A stretch of 64,000 nucleotides of DNA from an uncultured bacterium (GCA_938004065.1 CALKWM010000020.1:1813-65812), one strand, 5' to 3'; counted from the stretch's first letter, positions 9,828-19,056 are shown. The notes: generated from the letters alone by a model not told the origin. Numbers and translations: made by a program.

Positions 9828-12800
9828 CTAATTATTATCTCTAGAAAATCCAAATATAGGGTTTACAGAAACTACTTTAACAGCTTGCTTCTCTTCAGGT
9901 AATATTTTCTTGATTTTTTCCAAAATACTGTCTCTTTCGGATAATTTTCCCTCGCGGATAACTTCACGAAGTTGTTTAGTTAATTTTCTAGCAATACGAC
10001 CATGAAAAACATTTCTCGTCATGAGTAGGCTTTCCAAACGCGCGCGATCAGACGCACTCCAGCCAACATTCATTGCCTCATCTAAAATTGTTTGTTGGGA
10101 AGGTGTTAATCTCTGAATATTACTATCAAAACGAGTTATTTGTGGGCCATTCTTTGATACATATTCAAGGTGTAGTTTCTTATTAAGAGTAATATTGTCT
10201 TTTTTTCTTTCTTGATCATTTGATCTTAATGTTTGCAGAGCTTCACCAGTAAGCAACACATCCAAAGCATTGGCACTTTTATTATTACGAAAAAAAGTAA
10301 ATTGTTTTTGATTGTTGGAAAATTCTGATTGAGAAAAAACAAGGACTTCCGGTGATTGCAAAATTTTCGTTTGATCCACGACACCCCACTTAAATACAGG
10401 TATTTTTTCTAAAGCATTTTGTGCTTCTGGTGTTGCTTGTTCTTTGAAATGTTTTAAATCCGCAATAAACTGATCGTCAGTAAAAACATCAGCTTCTTTT
10501 TCTAAACGCAAATATTCTGCAGTAGCAGTGTCGCTATCTGTGTCATAAATACCCTTATAATTAATTGGGTTAATTTGCTCTCCTAAAACAGATGAATCAC
10601 TTCCGATCGTTGCGTTGATCAGACTTATTTTATCTTCAAGTTTTGTTACCAAGCCAAGAAATTGATCTAACTCTTTATTTGGAACAATATTGATTACCTC
10701 AACCTCTGAATGAGGTGATCCAAGCCTATTAATACGACCGTTTCTTTGAATCATGCGAACCGGGTTCCAATGAAGATCATAATTTATAAGCAATCCACAA
10801 TCTTGTAAATTTTGTCCTTCAGCAAGAACATCAGTACTAAACAAATAAGTTAATTCCTCTTTTTCAGAAACACGTTCGCGCGCATCTTTTGCAACAGGAG
10901 CAAACCTTTCCGCTGATCGCATTGCATCTGCTTTCTCTTTACCAGATACAAATTCTGTATTTTCGGTAGTGAAAATATTTTTTTTATTATTTAATACATT
11001 TTCTTTTAAATATTTTATTGTGTCAGCAAAAAAAGAAAAAACAAGTATTTTTTTATTTGGATTTTTTTTAGCAATTTTAGTCACTTTTTCTAAAAATACT
11101 GCCAGTTTTTTATCTTTATTTTTAAACTGTTCGGTTAATTCTATTATTACGGCAAGTATTTCCTTTTCAGTAGCAATGTCTTCTTTAAGAGCTTTAATAT
11201 TGTGAGAATTTGTAGATACTTTTGTTCCAAGTTTTTTTGCTTTTTCAAGAATTTCTTCATCTGTTAAATCCAAATTTTCTCCATCCTCTGCTTCATATTC
11301 ATCTAAAATATCATCTATGTCAGAAAGATTTAGTAATAAGTTTTCTTGAAGAAAAATATCTTCGAATGTTTTTAATCTTTTTTGATATCTTTTTACTGAC
11401 GCTAGTAGTGCATATGATGATGATTCAAATCTTTTCAACCATACAATACGCAATAATCCATACATACTTAATTGTAGTCCGATTTTTTCTTTTGTTTCTT
11501 TGGTAAATTTAATATTTTTTATTTCATCAAGAGTCTTACCATAAACCTTGTGATCATACATTGATGTTCTATATGGTATAAAAGATAAAGAAAGAATATA
11601 TTGATATAAACGATAAATAATTGATTTGCCAGTGATATTCATGGTCTCTTTTTTTAATTCTTCTAATTGTCGTAATGGGTGAATTAAGATGTCAGTTGTT
11701 TCCTGAATTTTTTCAACAGGGGTTTTTTCAATTGACTCAATAACTGAATCAATTATTATACTTTGATATTCGCCGGAATTAAAAGTTTCATTGGAGACCT
11801 TGATTTTAGGAAAGAAAAACTCTTTACCATCTATTTCCAAACCATTACCGTTCAATTCTTCTTCAATACTTTGACGAGTATTTCTAATAACAAATTCACG
11901 TAAAATAGGATCAATTACTTGGCGTGCTTCTTTATAAATAGGTGTCATATCATTACCTTGCGCGCGATTTTGACTAATTTTTTTCTTTAGCTCAAATAAA
12001 GCATCGAAAAACGATCTTGATTTAATAACACCTTCAGAATTACGAACATTGACCTGTAAAAGATCTTGTTCACCACGAGTACCAAGCAAAATTTGATTTG
12101 TTAAGTCATCAATAGAATTATTTACTGGTGTTGCAGTAAGAAGTAGTGTATTGGCATCTGAATTATCAACTAACCATTCGCTTATTTGTTGAAAACGTTT
12201 ACTATTATGAGATCGCAAATTATGTGATTCATCTATAACAAATAAACTAATTGGTATATATTGGTCTTTTTTTCTTTCTTCATCTATTTGATTTTTATTT
12301 TGCATAGAAATAACCGTGATGCCTAGAATTTTCTCTCTAGCTATTTCGTTTTCCCACTGACCAACTAATGATTTTGGAGCAATCACAATTATTCTTCGTC
12401 CTATATATTGACGAATAACGCCAATTGCAGTAATTGTCTTACCTAAACCAACCGAATCTGCAAGCATTGCAACGCCGTTTTTATCTAAACGCCAAAGTAT
12501 TTGTTTGACACTTCTTTCTTGAAAATTTTGTAATTTACGTGAAGATAATGCTTCAATTTTTCGATCCTCTTTTAAAAGGTCTCCATACATATGATCAAGT
12601 GTCTTGATATACATTTCATACGGACTAAAAAGCATTTCTCCATGAATAGAAGTATCTATTAACTCTATAAACTTACCGGTCCATTCGACACAGCCCTCAT
12701 CTGTCCAAACCTCTTCAAACCAAGACAAGTGCCCATGTTCCTGATCCTTATTTTTAGGATTAAACTGGACTACGCGCTGATCGTCTTCGCCGGCATTTAA

Positions 12801-13262
12801 TTCGCGATTTGAAGTAATGCCATTTTTTGTAAAATTAGAAGAACCTATGACACCGATTGCTGTTTCGGATTCAAAATTACCAAAAATATAACATTTAGCA
12901 TGCAAAAATGCTTTTTTAAAAACTTTTACTTCAAGGATTTTATTATCAACTAATTGTTTTAACTCTTTTACTGTTGGTTTTAAATTACTGTCGATTTTTA
13001 GTTTTTGCAGATCTTCAAAAATATCTTTGTCTGGAAAATCTGGTTCAACTTCATTTAGTTGGTGTCGTGGGATTAAGGGTTCTCGACCAATAAGTAAACG
13101 AATTTTTTTATATTTTTTCAAATGAGGTAAAAGCAAAGCAGTCGCCTCAAGATCCCAATATCCAGTAGCAATAGAAATTTCATCAAAGTTAGCACTAACA
13201 GAAATTAGACTATTTAATAAATCTACTCTAGTATTGTCGATGATTTTTGGAAATTTTTTCAT
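9828..13262 (-). CDS. PLD-family nuclease fused to an SNF2/SWI2 helicase (SF2 ATPase)
   Basis: An N-terminal HKD motif is intact: LHAKCYIFGNFESETAIGVIGSSNFTKNG. Helicase motifs present are LADSVGLGKTITAIGV (I), VIDESHNLRS (II) and LLLTATPVNN (III). The C-terminal lobe reads EGQNLQDCGLLINYDLHWNPVRMIQRNGRINRLGS (V-VI). Confidence 0.85.
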   Translation of the reverse strand: MKKFPKIIDNTRVDLLNSLISVSANFDEISIATGYWDLEATALLLPHLKKYKKIRLLIGREPLIPRHQLNEVEPDFPDKDIFEDLQKLKIDSNLKPTVKELKQLVDNKILEVKVFKKAFLHAKCYIFGNFESETAIGVIGSSNFTKNGITSNRELNAGEDDQRVVQFNPKNKDQEHGHLSWFEEVWTDEGCVEWTGKFIELIDTSIHGEMLFSPYEMYIKTLDHMYGDLLKEDRKIEALSSRKLQNFQERSVKQILWRLDKNGVAMLADSVGLGKTITAIGVIRQYIGRRIIVIAPKSLVGQWENEIAREKILGITVISMQNKNQIDEERKKDQYIPISLFVIDESHNLRSHNSKRFQQISEWLVDNSDANTLLLTATPVNNSIDDLTNQILLGTRGEQDLLQVNVRNSEGVIKSRSFFDALFELKKKISQNRAQGNDMTPIYKEARQVIDPILREFVIRNTRQSIEEELNGNGLEIDGKEFFFPKIKVSNETFNSGEYQSIIIDSVIESIEKTPVEKIQETTDILIHPLRQLEELKKETMNITGKSIIYRLYQYILSLSFIPYRTSMYDHKVYGKTLDEIKNIKFTKETKEKIGLQLSMYGLLRIVWLKRFESSSYALLASVKRYQKRLKTFEDIFLQENLLLNLSDIDDILDEYEAEDGENLDLTDEEILEKAKKLGTKVSTNSHNIKALKEDIATEKEILAVIIELTEQFKNKDKKLAVFLEKVTKIAKKNPNKKILVFSFFADTIKYLKENVLNNKKNIFTTENTEFVSGKEKADAMRSAERFAPVAKDARERVSEKEELTYLFSTDVLAEGQNLQDCGLLINYDLHWNPVRMIQRNGRINRLGSPHSEVEVINIVPNKELDQFLGLVTKLEDKISLINATIGSDSSVLGEQINPINYKGIYDTDSDTATAEYLRLEKEADVFTDDQFIADLKHFKEQATPEAQNALEKIPVFKWGVVDQTKILQSPEVLVFSQSEFSNNQKQFTFFRNNKSANALDVLLTGEALQTLRSNDQERKKDNITLNKKLHLEYVSKNGPQITRFDSNIQRLTPSQQTILDEAMNVGWSASDRARLESLLMTRNVFHGRIARKLTKQLREVIREGKLSERDSILEKIKKILPEEKQAVKVVSVNPIFGFSRDNN

Positions 13263-13295
13263 AATAATTTAGTTTACCTGTTGTTATTGTATTCG

Positions 13296-13354
13296 TTTTC
13301 CCCTTATTAATAAATCGTTTTCGTAGCGGAGCGGAGAAAACACCTTATTCCCCT
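13296..13354 (-). promoter_or_regulatory. Conserved 58-bp leader element D, copy 1 (upstream of the PLD-SNF2 gene)
   Basis: The minus strand reads agaggggaataaggtgttttctccgctccgctacgaaaacgatttattaataaggggaa, about 35 nt upstream of ATG 13262. Confidence 0.5.
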
Positions 13355-13398
13355 CTATAATTAAAGAAAAAGAAATTTGAAAATTTTTTAAAACAATT

Positions 13399-13590
13399 GG
13401 GCGATAGCCCAAAAAAGAAAAGGAATATTTCAGCTAACGTTCCAGCGTATGCGATGTTTTTGCGACCAACGGGAGCAAAAATATGGGAGAGGGGCGAGCC
13501 GAGCCCCGAACCGCATACGCTGTGTTATACGCCCCGACGACCGAAGGGAGGAGAGCGCAGCGGGGCGCGACTGAAAGGAGCGAGTTCAAA
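13399..13590 (+). repeat. Mosaic repeat module F (same family)
   Basis: It contains gctaacgttccagcgtatgcgatg ... ccgcatacgctgtgttatacgc (B-like arms), ggagcaaaaatatgggagagggg and a GC-rich tail. Confidence 0.65.
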
Positions 13591-13655
13591 AAATATTTTT
13601 CATTCAATTTCATTTTGACAGGCTTTTTATTCAATAATTATAAATTTGTTTTTTT

Positions 13656-13768
13656 GTTTTGGATTTTGGGCAGAGGGGTTAGGGGTGAATGCCCAAAATC
13701 CAAAACTCCTTATTCTGTTTGAGGGAGGGGCAAGAGGGGAATTAAAGGGGTGAATTGCCCCGACCGAA
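13656..13768 (+). repeat. Twin-hairpin repeat module C, copy 2
   Basis: About 95% identical to copy 1. It lies 7 bp from the stop of the 13775..14695 MTase gene. A partial relative is at 2545-2576. Confidence 0.8.
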
Positions 13769-13774
13769 AACATT

Positions 13775-14695
13775 TTATTTCAATATTTTGTATTTTTTCT
13801 TATCAAGCAACTTTAGATCGCCTTTGCTCTTCCAAATTTCTTTGAAATCTTTGTTTCTCATAGTCCTAATGTGTCCAAGGTAAACTGAAACAAAATGCCC
13901 GTTGATTTTTGTTTCTTTTGTTGCCTTGATATTTTTTTCAGCAATTTTTACATAATCAGAATCAAGCTCAATTCCAATGTATTTTCTACCTAGTTGTTTA
14001 GCCGCAACCGCAGTTGTGCCAGTTCCCATGAATGGGTCAAGTACTACATCATCTTCATCTGTGGTCATTAAGATCAATCTCTCAAGTAGAGGGATTGGGA
14101 GTTGACAAGGATGTTCATCTCTTCGCTTTTTATGCCGGATCCGATGAATATCATTCCAAACATCAGAAAGTAATGGCCCAAAACCATGGGCTTGATCTTT
14201 TTTACCGCCGTAATCTTTTAAAAATTCATCACAAGTTCTACATCTTGGGTGCGGATATCTAATGTCATTAAATTTAAAATCTTTATGAGATTTTGATTTT
14301 GTATAATATAAAATTCCATAATGATTTGGTAATAAAGTTTTACCCATTGGTGCGCCGCCAGAATCCCAAGCAATCCAATGTCTGAAATATGCAATTTTAT
14401 TTAAATGCTCCGCATAATGCGAAAGCCAACGAGGAATATTGTGAACAAAAATTGCACCGGTTGGTTTTGTAATCCTGACCATTTCGCTCATCCAATCATT
14501 ACACCAATTCAAATAATCTTGCTTTTCTTTTGAATCCTCATAGTGATTATATTTTTTCTTTAAATTAAAAGGCGGATCGGCAAAAGTCATATCTACCGAA
14601 TTATCCGGTATTTCTTTCAATACCTTTAGGCAATCGCCCTTAACAATTGTATTTATATAGTTTTTTTTCATAATTAAGATATTGTTAAATTCCAT
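13775..14695 (-). CDS. Beta-class N4/N6 DNA methyltransferase
   Basis: Motif IV MTFADPPFNL is N-terminal and motif I DPFMGTGTTAVAAKQLG is C-terminal. It is a paralog of the 1248..2174 MTase. Its start overlaps the stop of the upstream gene by 22 bp. Confidence 0.85.
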   Translation of the reverse strand: MEFNNILIMKKNYINTIVKGDCLKVLKEIPDNSVDMTFADPPFNLKKKYNHYEDSKEKQDYLNWCNDWMSEMVRITKPTGAIFVHNIPRWLSHYAEHLNKIAYFRHWIAWDSGGAPMGKTLLPNHYGILYYTKSKSHKDFKFNDIRYPHPRCRTCDEFLKDYGGKKDQAHGFGPLLSDVWNDIHRIRHKKRRDEHPCQLPIPLLERLILMTTDEDDVVLDPFMGTGTTAVAAKQLGRKYIGIELDSDYVKIAEKNIKATKETKINGHFVSVYLGHIRTMRNKDFKEIWKSKGDLKLLDKKKYKILK

Positions 14696-16362
14696 ACATT
14701 CATAGCAATTTCTGCTAATTTTTCTTGCCGATTTTTTATTGACTCAGCTGACCATTCATTATAATCGTCATTTATCATTTTAGTTATCCATAAATCAGAA
14801 CTTTGATATCTAGATTTTTTATCTGTAAAAGGAGCATTTCCTTCTTCTGAGTTTGGTCGTGATTGCATTAATGTTAAGTTGCCAATACGATTTTTATATT
14901 CATTCAGTTCCTCTTCGGAAAAATTAGGCCAATTTTCGCTTGGATTTTTTGGGAGAATATGCTCTAAATTAACAGCGCTGGGATCACTATTAACTAAAAG
15001 TTCCGGATCATCTATACCACCTCTTTTATGATTTTCGATGGCCCTCAAATAATAGCGAGCATATTTTTCAGTGCTAGATTTTGCATAAATAAACTTATCT
15101 TTAAATTCGCTATCAGATGGAATAATATGTTGAAGAGCGGTTTTTAAATCCGTAGCATTATTTATTTTCCCCTCCGCTATATCTTTGGCCTTTTTAGCAT
15201 ACTCGACTTCAAGTGTACCTCCTCCAAGAGAGCCAGTTATTAAATTTCTAACGAGCCATGAAACAATTAATTTTAATGATTTTCGAATCTCTTGTTTGTT
15301 GGTGAATTTTTTGAGAATTGATAATAGCAAAGGCCTGTATTGTTCCAAATTAAAAAAATTTAATGTTTCAATGTATTGTTTTACTTTTGGATCAAAATCG
15401 TTCCAATATTGATGATTATGATTAACGATTGCTAAATATAGAGAAGTATCATTTTTTAAATTATTAACAAAAGTAATTGATTGTGTCGTATTGCGAATTT
15501 GACTTTTTATATCATTGTACAACTCCCTGTTTTTTTCTCTGGTAAGTCCGTTTTGGGCAGACCAATAATGCTTAATATATCTCAATATTAAACTTTCATT
15601 TTCTGCTGTTTCTATTTGAGATGTCATTTCAATCCAAGTATTTTGAATTTCCTCAATCCGATCACTTGCTTTGCTATATAAATAATTTTTAAGAAGATCT
15701 ACTTGCGCTAATTCCAAGCCCCTATCATTAAGAGTTTCGCAAATTGTGAAAGCGTTGGCTTTACTTGGGACAGTTATTGTCACGACTTTAAGTTTGTCAG
15801 ATATAAATTCTATCCAGTCATGCAAAATATTCAAATTCGCATCCGATAATTCGGCCAATTTATTTATTTTTTGAATTGATAGTTGTTTGGTATTTTTTAT
15901 TCTTTCGTGAGATTCCTTTGTTGACAAAGTAGCTTCATTTTTATTAACAATATATTCTCTAAAAAATATATTATCCAAATTGCCCAATTTAATTTTAGGA
16001 AGATGCTCTCCTGTACGCCTGTTAAATATACTCAAAAAGTCTTGTTGTATAGAATTGGCTTGTTCGTCTTCACTTCTTTGTCTAAAAAATTGTTCTACTG
16101 CTGATAAAAAAATATAAATGGAAGTAATTCTTTGTTGGCCATCAACGATCTCGAGCTCGTCAGAGTTTTCTTTTTCAGAAAAAACAATAGTTCCGAGAAA
16201 ATATTCATTTTCATTATTGCTAATTGCATTATGAATATCATTGAACATATCATCAATATGTTTTTTTTCCCATGCATAAGGACGTTGATATATTGGCACC
16301 GCGAGTTGATGCTCTTTTATCACCTTTCCGATCCCTTTAATTTGAAAGTTAATGCTACTCAT
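14674..16362 (-). CDS. DUF262(ParB-like NTPase/nuclease)-DUF1524(HNH) protein, GmrSD-like
   Basis: The N-terminus shows the DUF262 DGQQR signature in ...IYQRPYAWEKKHIDDMFNDI...EIVDGQQRITSIYIF. The C-terminus has an His-Me finger-like LEHILPKNP. Gene order matches GmrSD/SspE/BrxU-type enzymes. Confidence 0.75.
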   Translation of the reverse strand: MSSINFQIKGIGKVIKEHQLAVPIYQRPYAWEKKHIDDMFNDIHNAISNNENEYFLGTIVFSEKENSDELEIVDGQQRITSIYIFLSAVEQFFRQRSEDEQANSIQQDFLSIFNRRTGEHLPKIKLGNLDNIFFREYIVNKNEATLSTKESHERIKNTKQLSIQKINKLAELSDANLNILHDWIEFISDKLKVVTITVPSKANAFTICETLNDRGLELAQVDLLKNYLYSKASDRIEEIQNTWIEMTSQIETAENESLILRYIKHYWSAQNGLTREKNRELYNDIKSQIRNTTQSITFVNNLKNDTSLYLAIVNHNHQYWNDFDPKVKQYIETLNFFNLEQYRPLLLSILKKFTNKQEIRKSLKLIVSWLVRNLITGSLGGGTLEVEYAKKAKDIAEGKINNATDLKTALQHIIPSDSEFKDKFIYAKSSTEKYARYYLRAIENHKRGGIDDPELLVNSDPSAVNLEHILPKNPSENWPNFSEEELNEYKNRIGNLTLMQSRPNSEEGNAPFTDKKSRYQSSDLWITKMINDDYNEWSAESIKNRQEKLAEIAMNVWNLTIS

Positions 16363-16364
16363 AA

Positions 16365-17354
16365 TTATTTTTTTATAAAAGTGTCAAGTAATAGCTTTTC
16401 AAACCGTTTTAATTCTTCCTTATGAAAAGTAAAAACATCCTCATAGGCTGTAACCATTCTTTTTAGATCGCCTTTTCTGACATACCAACCAACACCATCC
16501 ACAAAACCAATAAATTTCGCCTTTGGATAATGCGACTTGATAAGTGAATCAATAGAAATCTCTGTTTTTGATTTATCGCCTTGACCGGATGAAGTTGTTA
16601 CCAAAAATGAGCTTTCGGCAATAATTAACGGATTTTGTTTGTTCGGAATAATAAAATCCATCGTTCTTTTATTATCGGGGGCATTGTCAATTAGTTCGCT
16701 GAGGTCGCCCTTTTCAAACGGTATTTCTAAATGATTTAAAATTTCTTCAATTAAAATTTCCGGATTATTTTCTTTCATTCCGGAATAGCTGCCTTTTTCT
16801 TTATATCTAATTAAAGTGTCGATCATTTCCGGCAATTCAAATTTTAGTTTTGAAATACTTAGTTTCTTCAATTCAAATAGCGGAATAGTTTTTGTTAAAA
16901 ACGGAACTGTTGAACCTTCAAAGAAAATATTTAAAATTCCTTTTCTGAAAAATTCATTTTCTTTTATAAATTTTGCTATTTGAGCGTCTGACCACTCTTT
17001 CAGATTATTTATATCTTCATCCTTAAACCATTTGTCCTTATAAACCAACTTACTCAATTCTGGATCATTAACAACTCTAATAATTGTAGTCAATCTTTTT
17101 AAGGTTTCGTTTGAAAATCCGGTCAAAGCAAGCAACGCCCTAAGACCATTTTCTTTTTCAATTAGTAGCTGTTCAAAAAATTCCTTTTTCAATCCCTGTG
17201 TTTCAATATTATTTTTCAATATCAAAAGCATTTCTTTTAACGAGTTTAGATAACCTTCATATTTTTCTTCAAAAGCTGGATTGAAAAAATAAAAAGTATT
17301 TTTATCAATCACAGTTTTAAATTTCAATTCGGTTGTAGGTTTTGTGTATTTCAT
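16365..17354 (-). CDS. Hypothetical protein; candidate restriction endonuclease partner of the adjacent alpha-class MTase
   Basis: The 329-aa ORF sits 5 bp after the MTase stop and 2 bp before the DUF262 gene. It has a possible nuclease core MDFIIPNK...IIAESSF. No confident motif was found. Confidence 0.3.
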   Translation of the reverse strand: MKYTKPTTELKFKTVIDKNTFYFFNPAFEEKYEGYLNSLKEMLLILKNNIETQGLKKEFFEQLLIEKENGLRALLALTGFSNETLKRLTTIIRVVNDPELSKLVYKDKWFKDEDINNLKEWSDAQIAKFIKENEFFRKGILNIFFEGSTVPFLTKTIPLFELKKLSISKLKFELPEMIDTLIRYKEKGSYSGMKENNPEILIEEILNHLEIPFEKGDLSELIDNAPDNKRTMDFIIPNKQNPLIIAESSFLVTTSSGQGDKSKTEISIDSLIKSHYPKAKFIGFVDGVGWYVRKGDLKRMVTAYEDVFTFHKEELKRFEKLLLDTFIKK

Positions 17355-17359
17355 AATTG

Positions 17360-18610
17360 TTATTTTTGATTAGTAAAAAATAATATGGATTCCTCCTTCA
17401 TCGTATTTTGTAACCCCCGGATCGGCTTCTTTAAATTAAGTTCAAATTTTAGTCCTTGTTTTTCTCCAAGCTCAGTGACTTTTGTTTCCAGTCTCACGCC
17501 ATTTGTTTGAATATCGTTTGTGCCAATAATTATAACTATAGGCGCGTTTTTCTTTGATACCCGTTTCATTTCACCAAGGGCTTGATTCATTTTGTCAAAA
17601 TAAATTTCTAATTTATTTTCCACGCCTCGCCCCTGTAGGCCGATCATCTCTTGTCGCAAAACTTCCAGATCGTAGCCGAGATATTCTAATTGGGGCTGAT
17701 CATTTTTTAAATAATCAATAGCAAAAGAATAGGGCGGTGAAGTGATTACTGCGTCCACGCTATTATCACCAAGCGGCAAATTTAAAATACTACCTTGAAC
17801 GATTTTACTTTTTCCGATTTTTAAATCCATTTTTTTTCTTGCTTCTTGAAAATATTTTAACGTTGAAACATATCTGTCCAATACACGCGGGAAAAGTTTA
17901 TCAATAGAAGAACTGCTTCGGCCGGCAAATCCGACGGTATCTAAAAATGCTAATAAAATTATTTCATAGTAGTGTCTTTTTTTATCGTCTTTATTGTTTT
18001 TAAAATATTCTGGAACTTTGTCTTTTTTCAACTTATCCAAAATTTCTTTTGGATTTTTAATAATTGACTCTAAAATTTTAATATCCAAATTTAGAGCAAA
18101 TGTTTTAACTTTTCCCATTAGCTCACAAAATGGGCTTAAATCAACAGAGATAGCATCAATTCCGAGCAAATTAGCCTCAACTGCAACAGTAGAACTCCCG
18201 GCCATTGGATCAAGAACAACATGGCCGGGTTTTATATCAAGTATATTTAACAATGCCCTTATCAGTTGCGGGTGAAATTTTCCACGATATGGAAAAAGGC
18301 CATGAGTTGCGTATCCAGTTGAATATTTCCCGTCTAAAAAGAAAATTTTTGTCCGGAAAGAGCTATTTTTATGAACTTCTTCTAAATTTTGAAGGTTGCA
18401 AGTTTTATAATGAGCTGTTTCTTTCCCGTCAACTAATTTAAAATATGCGCTTCTTTCAACTAATTCTTTTTTTGATAAAACCTCATATTCCCACAAAGCT
18501 AAATCTAATTCAAAAATCTCATCAGTCCCGTCAATGAGATAAAAATTATTACCAAATAGCCTTTCTATGATCGGTTTATGCTTTGTAGTCATGATAGTAT
18601 TATAGTTCAT
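17360..18610 (-). CDS. Alpha-class N4/N6 DNA methyltransferase
   Basis: The motif I-like VVLDPMAGSSTVAVEA precedes AVITSPPYSFAIDY (motif IV) by about 150 aa. This is the I...TRD...IV order. Confidence 0.8.
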   Translation of the reverse strand: MNYNTIMTTKHKPIIERLFGNNFYLIDGTDEIFELDLALWEYEVLSKKELVERSAYFKLVDGKETAHYKTCNLQNLEEVHKNSSFRTKIFFLDGKYSTGYATHGLFPYRGKFHPQLIRALLNILDIKPGHVVLDPMAGSSTVAVEANLLGIDAISVDLSPFCELMGKVKTFALNLDIKILESIIKNPKEILDKLKKDKVPEYFKNNKDDKKRHYYEIILLAFLDTVGFAGRSSSSIDKLFPRVLDRYVSTLKYFQEARKKMDLKIGKSKIVQGSILNLPLGDNSVDAVITSPPYSFAIDYLKNDQPQLEYLGYDLEVLRQEMIGLQGRGVENKLEIYFDKMNQALGEMKRVSKKNAPIVIIIGTNDIQTNGVRLETKVTELGEKQGLKFELNLKKPIRGLQNTMKEESILFFTNQK

Positions 18611-18668
18611 TTCCCCTTATAAATAAATCGTTTTCGTAGCGGAGCGGAGAAAACACCTTATACCCCTT
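18611..18668 (-). promoter_or_regulatory. Conserved 58-bp leader element D, copy 2 (upstream of the alpha-MTase operon)
   Basis: Same sequence with 3 substitutions. It abuts ATG 18610. Confidence 0.5.
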
Positions 18669-18760
18669 TCTAATAAATAAAAAAACAAATTTATTCCCCT
18701 TTTTAAAAAGCCTGTCAAAATTCCTTATAAAAAGAAAAATATTTTTTGAATTGCGTATAA

Positions 18761-18916
18761 CGTGCCGCGGCTGATCCGATCGTGGCCAAAGGCCGCCGCA
18801 GGCGAGCCGATGGACATGTCGGATAGCCGCTGTTAGACGACGTCGCGGAGCGACGGAGGATAACGGGGGCGAAGCCGCGGCACGTTAGACAACGAGCGAA
18901 GCGATGTTGGCTAACG
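18761..18916 (+). repeat. GC-rich palindromic repeat module A, copy 2
   Basis: Identical over about 165 bp to copy 3 and nearly identical to copy 1. Same orientation. Confidence 0.85.
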
Positions 18917-18917
18917 T

Positions 18918-19056
18918 CCGCGTGTATGAGAAGTTTCGCCGACTTCCTTATCGTTTATTATAAAGGAGGCGAAATTTGGGTGAAAGAAAAAATGCAACCT
19001 TTAAAAATTATTAACGCACTTTTTCTTGAACCTCATACACTCTGTTATATGCTGTA
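18918..19056 (+). repeat. Structured repeat module B, copy 2
   Basis: About 95% identical to copy 1. Confidence 0.8.

Noticed and set aside
7141-12000. Numerous 60-120-aa ORFs antisense to or nested in the large helicase/MTase genes (e.g. 7141..7497, 8095..8337, 8556..8858, 10969..11205, 11222..11506, 37400..38781, 44506..46659)
   Set aside because: They are fully embedded in long ORFs that have strong motif support. Their translations are low-complexity F/L/I-rich, as expected for antisense AT-rich DNA.
6537-13262. Calling island 1 a DISARM or BREX system
   Set aside because: It has an SNF2 helicase, a PLD domain and an adenine MTase. But there is no DrmA/DrmB (DUF1998) pair, no PglZ and no BrxC/BrxL anywhere in the window. 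The PLD is fused to the helicase rather than separate.
13397-13722. ORFs 13397..13618, 13434..13634 and 13483..13722 and similar ORFs inside the GC-rich repeat modules (e.g. 5045..5473, 5107..5445, 19224..19418) as protein-coding genes
   Set aside because: They lie wholly within palindromic repeat modules and overlap each other on both strands. Their low-complexity Arg/Gly/Ala-rich translations are what GC-rich non-coding DNA yields.
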